Notes under the pieces: model-generated
The model's input: only the letters and a program-made list of their open reading frames with translations
Told to the model about the DNA's origin: nothing
Databases searched by the model: none
In this document: positions 6,453 through 12,980 of the stretch, in pieces
Layout of the letters: the number at the start of each line of letters is the position of its first letter
How positions within the stretch are numbered: position 1 is the stretch's first letter
NCBI GenBank assembly: GCA_019694595.1
Contig: JAIBBQ010000187.1
Coordinates: 1 to 12,980 of the forward strand
Source of the DNA: Myxococcaceae bacterium
GTDB taxonomy: Bacteria; Myxococcota; Myxococcia; Myxococcales; Myxococcaceae
Length of the DNA stretch: 12,980 nt
Direction: 5' to 3'
Position numbers and translations under genes: made by a program

Positions 6453-9400
6453 ATGCGGATCGGGGGGATCCTGGCGACGTTGGTGTGCCTCCATGCGCCG
6501 GCGGCCCTGGCCGACGGGTTGATCGGCGTGCCCCCGTACCCACCGAGGAACGTCTCGCGGCCCGACGGTTCCTACGCCGAGTTCATCCAGGTCGGCGCCG
6601 GTGGGGAGCCTTCGGCGACGATCACCACCGCGGGCACGACGATCTCGGTCGACGCGCTCCTCTTCTACGTCGAGGAGGTGCAGAGCTCGGGCAACGTCAC
6701 CCTGACGGTGAGCACCGGCGCAGCGTCCGTGTCCTCGGTGCTGTCGGTCGGGCAACCGGGGTGGACGGAATGGCGCTTCGTCCCGCCGGTACCTGTGGGC
6801 AACTCGACCCTCACGCTCACGCCAGACCCGGGAGTCGCGGTCACGTTCCGGCACCTGCGGCACGAGTACGAGGCAGACCATCAGCTGGGGGGCGAGGCCG
6901 CGCCGCTGCTGTTCCCCACGGGCCTGCGTGACGGTGGGCCCCCGTACGACGTGTCGTTCGTCTTCCGCCGCAGCGGTGGTCGAGATCCGTATGCGTTGCC
7001 TGGTTGCAGCGCCGCCGATTCCGATCCGGTGGGGGGCTTCCCGTACGTCCGCGTGTTCAAGGTGCCCATCGACCCGGCTTCCGGGTTGAGCCAGTCGCTG
7101 GTCTTCCCGCCCGGGTTCCGGAGTTTCGGTGGCGGCTCGTGCGTGCAGACCGGCTTGGCGTACGCCTCGCCGGAAGCGAGTCTGAGCGTTTCGTACTCGG
7201 CCATCGATGGTGGACCCGGGCCGTGGGTGCCGCTTCTCGAGAGCGGGCTTGCGTCTCGTGCGCCGGTGGTGGCTGACGACGATGGTGGTGTCAGCGCACC
7301 GTTCACACTGTCGATCCGGAGCGACGGTGGCCTGGCCGCGTGGGCGATGTTCGACACCGGCCCGGAGCTGCTCGACCCGTGCCACCCCGCCGCGCGCGCG
7401 ACCTTCGGAGGTGCCCGCGCCAGAGCGGTGGGCTTCGGGGCCGGCGCGGATCTGGCGACGCGCTTCTCCGCCTCCGCTGCGCTGCCACGCTGGCCCGACG
7501 ATGACGGCGATGGGTACGGCGCTCGCGGGGCCCAGCGCTGGGTGTGCTCCTTCGTCGCTCGGTCTGCCGTGGGCCTCGTCGTCAACGGCGAGGACTGCGA
7601 CGACCGCTCCTTCGACACGAAGCCCGGGGCGGGCGAGCTCTGCAATGGGCGCGACGACGACTGTGATGGCCTGGTCGATGCCGACGACACGCTCGAGGCC
7701 ACGCCCGCCTGCGAGCTGTCTCGGGGCGTCTGCGCGGGGGCACGGCACGACTCCGTTCGTTGCCGCGGTGGCCGGTGGGACGCCTGCGGGAGCGAGTACG
7801 GCCCGCGGTACGAGGCGCAGGAGGTGTCCTGCGACGGGCTGGACAACGACTGCGACGGCCGGACCGACGACGTCGGTGCAGGGCCGCCCTGCTTCTTCCA
7901 GCTCGGCGTCTGCGCGGGTGCGCGTGCTCGCGTCTGCACGTCGGAGCGTTGGCTCGCTTGCACCGACGCCGACTACGGGCCCGACTTTCAGGCGGTCGAG
8001 ACGCAGTGTGACGGACTGGACAACGACTGTGACGGCAGAACGGATGGGGCAGACTTCGACCTGCCTTCGACGCTGTGTGAGAAGCAGCTCGGCGTCTGTG
8101 CCCGCGCCGTTCACGCTGCCACGGACTGCACCGCCGCAGGGTGGGCCGAATGCCCGGCGTCGCGCTACCCCGCCGACTACGAGCCGATCGAGGGCCGCTG
8201 TGACGGGCTCGACAACGACTGCGACGGCGTCGTCGACGAGGGCTGCCGGGCCGCGCCACCGCCTGCCCGGTGCGGCTGCGGAACGACCCTGGGCGTGTGG
8301 CCAGCACTGGGGCTCCTCGTCTGGTGGGGCCGCCGCCGGCGTGCGCACGCGCTGACGCTCGTCGCCGTCGTGCTCGCGCTTCCAGCTCGCGCGGAAAGCG
8401 TTCAGACCGTGATCGTGCAGGGCCCCACCGCGGTGGAGGTGACGGCGCCCTCAGCGGTGTCGACCGCGCACGACGGCCGCTCGTTCCTGGTGGTGTTCAA
8501 CGCCGACCGCGCTTTGATCGCACGGCTCACCGAAGCTGGCGGACAGTCAGGTCGCGCGGAAGACCTCGGGCCGCCGTTCGCCCGCGGTGCCGGGTGCAAG
8601 CCGGCGGGGCGCTGCGTGGTCAACCTCCGGGGGACGCTCTCGGTCCTTCGGGACGCCGGAGACGGCGGCTGGGGACTGGGACCTTCCACCGGCCTGGTGA
8701 AAGCCTTCGATGCCGACCCCGGTGGCTGGGTCGTGCTGGCCGAGGAGAGTTCGGGAACGGTTCGGAAGGTCGACGAGGCCATGGCGCTGCAGTGGCAGCG
8801 AACCGTCTCTCCGTTCGCCGACCGGGTGTACTTCATCGCCGACGACGAAGGCTTCGTCGCGCTGGGATACCTGCGGGGATTCACCACGACGTCGTACATC
8901 ACGGTGATCGCCCCGGACGGCGGACAGGAAGGGCTGGCCGAGATCCTGGTTCCGCCAGGGGCCATCGTGGCGGGGCAGGCCAACTCGGGCAGCTGGACCG
9001 CGGCGTCGGTCGCCCCGCGCGAGGTGGTGCTCATGTCCCGCAACTCACTGTGGACGCCCGCGGGAACGCCCATTCCCTTTCCCGTCTCCATGTCCCAGCG
9101 AACCACGGGCGGCGTCGCGTTCTTCGGCCGGCAGGGAGACCAGATGATGTCGCTCGCCGTCGACCGCGCGGGCCTCGCGCTCGCGCTCTCGACCCTCGGC
9201 GACGGTGGCGCTTGCAGTGACGAGGCTGCCTTCGCGGCGGGCGCGGACGCCGGCGTGGCCTGCTGGTCGAAGACGGGCCAGTGCTGGAATGGCCCCTGCT
9301 GCAAGGTCGGCTGCGCGTCGACCGATGCCGTCGCCCGGCCGACGGGGCCCTGGGTGCCGTTGGTCGCTGACGCGGTCACTCATCTGACGCCTTCGGTGCA

Positions 9401-10748
9401 GCTCGCGGCACGCGATGGCGGCGTCGTGCAGTGTGAGCTCTCGCTCGAGCGCGGCGGAGTGCACGCGGTGTGGGACCTCGGTGCGCTCGATGGCGGAAGT
9501 CCGGCGCTGTTCCCACCAGGGACGACGGTCGACCTCGTGCCCTGGGGGCGGGTCCTCCGGAGCGCCTCGGCGCTCACGACCCTCTCGACGAGCGGTCAGC
9601 CCGGCCCGTCGGTGGCCATTCCCCCGGGAGCCTCGCTCGCGCTCGCGGAGGACGGCTACCTGCGGATCCGCCTCGATGGGGGAACGCTCGAGTTCGTCCA
9701 GATCGCGGCGTCGCCCACCGGCTTCACGGAGACCCGGCCGGTGGTGCTGCGACGCGCTGCGCCCGTCGGCGGCCTCCGGCTCACCAGCTCCGGACGCGGC
9801 GTGCTGGTCGTCTGGGACGAGCAGGACCAGCGCTTCGGCGCCGTGGTCCAGCGCGGCCTGCCGCTCCCCGCCGTGTCGTCATTCGGGCCCGCGGTTCCGG
9901 TCCTGGGCCTGGGAACGAGCGCAGACGATTCGGTCTGGCAGGTGCTCCAGCGCGTCGACGGAGGGGTCGCGCTGGTCACCTGGACCGAGACCGACGCCGG
10001 GCTCGTCGCTGCGGGCAGCGTCGAGTTGCCGGTCCACGATTGTCTCGAGCCCACGCTCATCGGCGGCACGCCGCCGGTCCTCCAGTGCGTGACCGGTGCG
10101 GAAGCCCGGCTGGCGCTGTCCTGGGTCGACCCCGACGGCGGCTTGCGGGCGATCAGAGGACTCGACGGGGCCTCGTCGGTGCGCGAGGTCGGCGCCGCAC
10201 GCTCGGGCGAAGGGCTGATGCTCGCAGTCGCCCGGCGCGCCCTCGACGGCGGCAGTCAACTCGACCTGGTCCGGGTCGACTCGCTCGCGCTGGGGTCGCC
10301 GTGCGCGTCGGGCGAGGCGTGCCGGTCCGGCTGGTGCGTGGACGGGGTGTGCTGTGACGACCCTTGCGGCGGCGGCCTCGACGGGGACTGTCTTGCGTGC
10401 TCGGCGACGCGTGGGGCGCCAGCCGATGGTCGTTGTGCCCCGGTGCTCGCAGGGACCGTCTGCCGGCTTTCTCAGGGGCCCTGCGACCTGCCGGACGTGT
10501 GCGACGGGCTGCACGCGAGCTGCCTGCCCCGCACCATGAGCGACGGCACGGTGTGCGAAGTCAGCGGGCGGCAAGCCACCCGGGTGTGCAGTGCTGGAAA
10601 GTGCCTGCCGCTGGCGCCTGCAGAGCCTCCGGTCCTCGTCGCTCCTGCCCCGGCACCGGCGTGTGGCTGCGGAGCGCTCGAGGGGGCGTGGTGGCCGCTC
10701 GCGCTGCTGCTGGTGCTTGCGAAGCGAATCATGGCCAAACGCGAATGA
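6453..10748 (+). CDS. Giant cell-surface protein (1431 aa) that looks like two MYXO-CTERM proteins fused in frame.
   Basis: The N-terminal signal peptide is MRIGGILATLVCLHAPAALA|DG. A roughly 370-aa unknown domain follows, then four Cys-rich repeats with the core CDGLDNDCDG, then ARCGCGTTLGVWPALGLLVWWGRRRR (MYXO-CTERM-like). The frame then continues with AHALTLVAVVLALPARA|ESV (signal-peptide-like), a roughly 640-aa beta-rich region, a 16-Cys module, and a terminal ACGCGALEGAWWPLALLLVLAKRIMAKRE. There is a single open frame with consistent GC3 throughout. Confidence 0.75.
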   Translation: MRIGGILATLVCLHAPAALADGLIGVPPYPPRNVSRPDGSYAEFIQVGAGGEPSATITTAGTTISVDALLFYVEEVQSSGNVTLTVSTGAASVSSVLSVGQPGWTEWRFVPPVPVGNSTLTLTPDPGVAVTFRHLRHEYEADHQLGGEAAPLLFPTGLRDGGPPYDVSFVFRRSGGRDPYALPGCSAADSDPVGGFPYVRVFKVPIDPASGLSQSLVFPPGFRSFGGGSCVQTGLAYASPEASLSVSYSAIDGGPGPWVPLLESGLASRAPVVADDDGGVSAPFTLSIRSDGGLAAWAMFDTGPELLDPCHPAARATFGGARARAVGFGAGADLATRFSASAALPRWPDDDGDGYGARGAQRWVCSFVARSAVGLVVNGEDCDDRSFDTKPGAGELCNGRDDDCDGLVDADDTLEATPACELSRGVCAGARHDSVRCRGGRWDACGSEYGPRYEAQEVSCDGLDNDCDGRTDDVGAGPPCFFQLGVCAGARARVCTSERWLACTDADYGPDFQAVETQCDGLDNDCDGRTDGADFDLPSTLCEKQLGVCARAVHAATDCTAAGWAECPASRYPADYEPIEGRCDGLDNDCDGVVDEGCRAAPPPARCGCGTTLGVWPALGLLVWWGRRRRAHALTLVAVVLALPARAESVQTVIVQGPTAVEVTAPSAVSTAHDGRSFLVVFNADRALIARLTEAGGQSGRAEDLGPPFARGAGCKPAGRCVVNLRGTLSVLRDAGDGGWGLGPSTGLVKAFDADPGGWVVLAEESSGTVRKVDEAMALQWQRTVSPFADRVYFIADDEGFVALGYLRGFTTTSYITVIAPDGGQEGLAEILVPPGAIVAGQANSGSWTAASVAPREVVLMSRNSLWTPAGTPIPFPVSMSQRTTGGVAFFGRQGDQMMSLAVDRAGLALALSTLGDGGACSDEAAFAAGADAGVACWSKTGQCWNGPCCKVGCASTDAVARPTGPWVPLVADAVTHLTPSVQLAARDGGVVQCELSLERGGVHAVWDLGALDGGSPALFPPGTTVDLVPWGRVLRSASALTTLSTSGQPGPSVAIPPGASLALAEDGYLRIRLDGGTLEFVQIAASPTGFTETRPVVLRRAAPVGGLRLTSSGRGVLVVWDEQDQRFGAVVQRGLPLPAVSSFGPAVPVLGLGTSADDSVWQVLQRVDGGVALVTWTETDAGLVAAGSVELPVHDCLEPTLIGGTPPVLQCVTGAEARLALSWVDPDGGLRAIRGLDGASSVREVGAARSGEGLMLAVARRALDGGSQLDLVRVDSLALGSPCASGEACRSGWCVDGVCCDDPCGGGLDGDCLACSATRGAPADGRCAPVLAGTVCRLSQGPCDLPDVCDGLHASCLPRTMSDGTVCEVSGRQATRVCSAGKCLPLAPAEPPVLVAPAPAPACGCGALEGAWWPLALLLVLAKRIMAKRE
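7597..8247 (+). repeat. Four tandem protein-level cysteine-rich repeats (about 55-60 aa each) of the Myxococcales CDGLDNDCDG putative metal-binding type.
   Basis: The units end in LCNGRDDDCDGLVDADD, SCDGLDNDCDGRTDD, QCDGLDNDCDGRTDG and RCDGLDNDCDGVVDEGC. Each is preceded by C-x5-6-GVCAGA-x-C-x6-W-x2-C-x4-Y-x6-E. The DNA units have diverged; the repeat is visible in the translation. Confidence 0.75.
8262..8400 (+). other. Internal MYXO-CTERM-like sorting motif immediately followed by a signal-peptide-like segment (junction of the two halves of the giant ORF).
   Basis: The translation reads CRAAPPPARCGCG-TTLGVWPALGLLVWWG-RRRR-AHALTLVAVVLALPARA-ESVQ, i.e. Cys motif, hydrophobic helix, basic cluster, a second hydrophobic helix and an AxA-type cleavage site. 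There is no in-frame stop. The only in-frame alternative start nearby is GTG at about 8295. Confidence 0.6.
10297..10745 (+). other. C-terminal 16-Cys module plus terminal MYXO-CTERM sorting signal of the giant ORF.
   Basis: SPCASGEACRSGWCVDGVCCDDPCGGGLDGDCLACS...GKCLPLAP has 16 Cys in about 110 aa. The C-x-SG-x-C-VDGVCC pattern resembles Dickkopf-N-like / disintegrin-like bacterial Cys-rich modules. PAPAPACGCGALEGAWWPLALLLVLAKRIMAKRE follows. Confidence 0.5.
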
Positions 10749-10841
10749 AATGACGTCGCGGTGTCGTGGTCCCAGTCGTCCTCCACGGCCACCTCCGGCA
10801 CCCCGGGTGCACTCCCACCGGCATCTCGAAGGGAGGCCCGT

Positions 10842-12719
10842 ATGTTCGACATCTCGACGTGGGTGGTGCTGGGAGCGGTGGTCCTCAAGCTCGGGTTCAT
10901 CGTGGTGCTGCTGGGCTTGTGGGTGATTCGCGAGAACGAGGCCGGGGTGGTGGTGAAGAAGTTCGGCCCGGGGCTTCCCGCGGGGCGCCTCATCGCGCTC
11001 AACGGCGAGGCCGGCTACCAGGCGGAGCTGCTTCCGCCCGGCTGGCACTTCGGCCTGTGGCGCTGGAAGTACAAGGTGCTGCGGGTGCCGCTGGTGACGG
11101 TGCCACCGGAGGAGATCGCGCTGGTGGTGGCGAAGGACGGCGCCGCGATTCCCGCGGAGCGCATCCTCGGACAGGAGGTGTCGTGCGATGACTTCCAGAG
11201 CGCGCGGGCGTTCCTCACCAACGGCGGCGAGAAGGGGCGGCAGCTCGCCTTCCTCACCGCCGGCACCTACCGGGTGAACCCGGCGCTCTTCGACGTCATC
11301 ACCACCAAGAACGCGAGCCACTACGGCCTGTCGCCGTCGCAGCTCGAGGTCTTCCGGGTGCAGCCCGACCGCGTGGGCATCGTGACCACGCTCGACGGCG
11401 CGCCGATCGCGGCTGGCGATCTCGCGGGCCCCGAGGTCCAGGGGCACGAGCACTTCCAGCGTGGCCAGGCGTTCATCGACGCGGGCGGCTGCCGCGGCCT
11501 GCAGGAGCAAGTGCTCCTGTCCGGCGCGTGGAACCTGAACCCGTGGCTGGTGCAGGTCGACCAGATCCCGATGACCGAGATTCCCATCGGCTACGTGGGC
11601 GTGGTGGTGAGCTACGTGGGCAAGGAGCACGTCGACCTGTCCGGTGACGACTTCACCCACGGCGACCTGGTGGAGAAGGGCCGCAAGGGCGTGTGGATCG
11701 AGCCCCTGCTGCCCGGCAAGCACCCCATCAACACCCGGGTGATGAAGGTCGAGCTCGTGCCCACCACCAACATCGTCCTCAACTGGGCGACCCGGACCGA
11801 GGCGCACAAGTACGACGAGAAGCTCTGCCCGATCACCGTCCGCTCCAAGGACGGCTTCAGCTTCACGCTCGATGTGTCGCAGATCATCCACATCGGCATG
11901 AAGTCGGCCCCGCGGGTCATCTCGCGGGTGGGCTCGATGCAGAACCTGGTGGACCACGTGCTGCAGCCGACGGTGGCCAACTACTTCCGCAACTCGGCCC
12001 AGGAAGTCTCGGTGCTCGAGTTCCTCTCGGCGCGCAGCCAGCGCCAGCAGGAGGCGTACGCCAACATCAAGAGCGCGACCGAGGCGTACGACGTGGAGTG
12101 CATCGACACCCTCATCGGCGACATCGTGCCGCCGGCCGAGCTGATGAAGACGCAGACCGACCGGAAGATCGCCGACGAGCTCAAGCGCACCTTCGAGGTG
12201 CAGCGGGAGGCCCAGATGAAGCGCCAGGAGCTGGAACGCGAGACGTCGATCGCCAACATGCAGGCCGAGGTGGTGCGCTCCGAGCAGACGGTGCGCATCA
12301 GCGAGCGCAACGCCCAGTCGGTCGCCGAGACCGCCAAGGGTGAAGCGGCCCGCCGCCGGGTGAACGCCGAGGCCGACGCGCTGAGCCTCAAGCTCGGCGC
12401 CGAAGCCGAGGCCCAGGCGGTGCGCCTCAAGGGCATCGCCGAGGCCGACGCGGTGCGCGCGGTGGGCGCCGCGAAGGCCGAGGCGTACCGCTCGGGTGTC
12501 GAGGCGCTGGGCACCGGGGCGTACACCACGGTGCAGCTCGCCGGCATCCTCGGTGAGCACCACGTCAAGCTGGTGCCCGACGTGGCGGTGGGTGGAGAAG
12601 GTGGGGCAGGGGCGCTGGCGACCGCGCTGATGGGGCGGATGCTGAGCGGCGCTGCCACGCCCGCGAAGGCGACGGCCGCGGTGGCCCCGCCTCCGCTGCC
12701 CACCAACGGCAAGGCCTGA
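10842..12719 (+). CDS. Flotillin-like SPFH/band-7 family membrane protein (FloT/YqiK-type).
   Basis: The ATG at 10842 is preceded by GGGAGG at 10831-10836 with a 5-nt spacer. The listed GTG start at 10761 adds a non-hydrophilic leader and is less likely. There is an N-terminal TM hairpin (MFDISTWVVLGAVVLKLGFIVVLLGLWVI), an SPFH core, and a C-terminal coiled coil rich in Ala/Glu (SLKLGAEAEAQAVRLKGIAEADAVRAVGAAKAEAYRSGVEALG) typical of the flotillin tail. GC3 is very high. Confidence 0.8.
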   Translation: MFDISTWVVLGAVVLKLGFIVVLLGLWVIRENEAGVVVKKFGPGLPAGRLIALNGEAGYQAELLPPGWHFGLWRWKYKVLRVPLVTVPPEEIALVVAKDGAAIPAERILGQEVSCDDFQSARAFLTNGGEKGRQLAFLTAGTYRVNPALFDVITTKNASHYGLSPSQLEVFRVQPDRVGIVTTLDGAPIAAGDLAGPEVQGHEHFQRGQAFIDAGGCRGLQEQVLLSGAWNLNPWLVQVDQIPMTEIPIGYVGVVVSYVGKEHVDLSGDDFTHGDLVEKGRKGVWIEPLLPGKHPINTRVMKVELVPTTNIVLNWATRTEAHKYDEKLCPITVRSKDGFSFTLDVSQIIHIGMKSAPRVISRVGSMQNLVDHVLQPTVANYFRNSAQEVSVLEFLSARSQRQQEAYANIKSATEAYDVECIDTLIGDIVPPAELMKTQTDRKIADELKRTFEVQREAQMKRQELERETSIANMQAEVVRSEQTVRISERNAQSVAETAKGEAARRRVNAEADALSLKLGAEAEAQAVRLKGIAEADAVRAVGAAKAEAYRSGVEALGTGAYTTVQLAGILGEHHVKLVPDVAVGGEGGAGALATALMGRMLSGAATPAKATAAVAPPPLPTNGKA

Positions 12720-12734
12720 TCCGCCGGTGGAAGT

Positions 12735-12772
12735 GCCCGGGCGCCCTTCGCGAGAGCGGGGGGCGCCCGAGC
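12735..12772 (+). terminator. Candidate GC-rich hairpin terminator after the flotillin gene, with no U-tract.
   Basis: gcccgggcgccc (12735-12746) pairs with gggcgcccgagc (12761-12772) as a 9-bp perfect stem CGGGCGCCC/GGGCGCCCG with a 14-nt loop. It lies 16 nt after the stop. No T-run follows. Confidence 0.3.
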
Positions 12773-12830
12773 CGTTGCGGGGCCCACCCGGGTGGCGCCG
12801 GGGGAGCCGGGTTTGCTAGGGCCATCGCCC

Positions 12831-12980
12831 ATGCGCGCACTCGTCCTGGGGCTCTCGATGCTGGCCATGGCCTGCGGTGGCCTCAAGGGCGGCAGCTCCG
12901 GAGGCGGGGCAGGTGGCTCGGGCGGCAGCACGGCGTCGGGCGGTGGGTCGGCGCAATCGGGCGGCGGCTCCAGCGCGGGT
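12831..12980 (+). CDS. Partial lipoprotein with a Gly/Ser-rich linker (N-terminus only; it runs off the right edge).
   Basis: The ATG is at 12831. The translation is MRALVLGLSMLAMACGG-LKGGSSGGGAGGSGGSTASGGGSAQSGGGSSAG, a signal peptide with lipobox LAMAC then a G/S-rich low-complexity stretch with good GC3. It resembles the left-edge lipoprotein. Confidence 0.55.
   Translation, partial: MRALVLGLSMLAMACGGLKGGSSGGGAGGSGGSTASGGGSAQSGGGSSAG

Noticed and set aside
6402-8348. 648-aa minus-strand ORF, plus other long antisense or alternative-frame ORFs at 9879..12563, 5004..6371, 178..1011, 471..1286, 1057..2430, 4458..5450, 7207..8355 and 8270..9220
   Set aside because: All have Arg/Pro/Gly/Ala-rich low-complexity translations. 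They overlap genes with clear domain signatures in the other strand or frame, and their third positions are not G/C-enriched in their own frame.
10805-10818. Near-palindrome GCACCC-c-GGGTGC between the giant ORF and the flotillin gene
   Set aside because: The stem would have a 1-nt loop, so it cannot be a terminator hairpin. It is too short and isolated to call an operator without a second copy.

Overview
A 12.98-kb window from a high-GC genome (roughly 70% GC, strong GC3 bias). It is almost certainly Myxococcota: three proteins end in MYXO-CTERM-type sorting tails (Cys-containing motif, hydrophobic stretch, Arg/Lys cluster) and one carries CDGLDNDCDG cysteine-rich repeats typical of the group. 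The gene order is as follows. (1) A partial Gly/Ser-rich lipoprotein on the minus strand at the left edge, built on a 21-bp tandem repeat. (2) A classical SDR oxidoreductase. (3) A lipoprotein M15 (VanY / D-Ala-D-Ala carboxypeptidase type) peptidase with carboxypeptidase-regulatory-like beta domains and a MYXO-CTERM-like tail. (4) A convergent, 10-bp-overlapping lipoprotein of unknown function. (5) A 201-aa orphan protein translationally coupled to (6) a sigma-54 enhancer-binding protein with a non-canonical N-terminal domain. (7) A divergent 4.3-kb ORF with a candidate sigma-54 -24/-12 element just upstream; it reads like two complete MYXO-CTERM surface proteins fused in one frame (signal peptide, unknown domain, four Cys-rich repeats, MYXO-CTERM, then a second signal-peptide-like segment, an unknown beta-rich region, a 16-Cys module and a second MYXO-CTERM). 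(8) A flotillin / SPFH-family membrane protein. (9) A second partial Gly/Ser-rich lipoprotein running off the right edge. The most interesting signals are the in-frame double-sorting-signal giant ORF, its divergent sigma-54 activator, and the slightly lower GC3 of the lipoprotein/giant-ORF genes compared with neighbours. Long antisense ORFs rich in Arg/Gly/Ala are treated as high-GC artefacts. The printed sequence and the ORF track disagree by 1 nt for the start of the 10761 ORF and the end of the giant ORF, so my positions near 10740-10800 carry +/-1 nt uncertainty; I used the track ends there.
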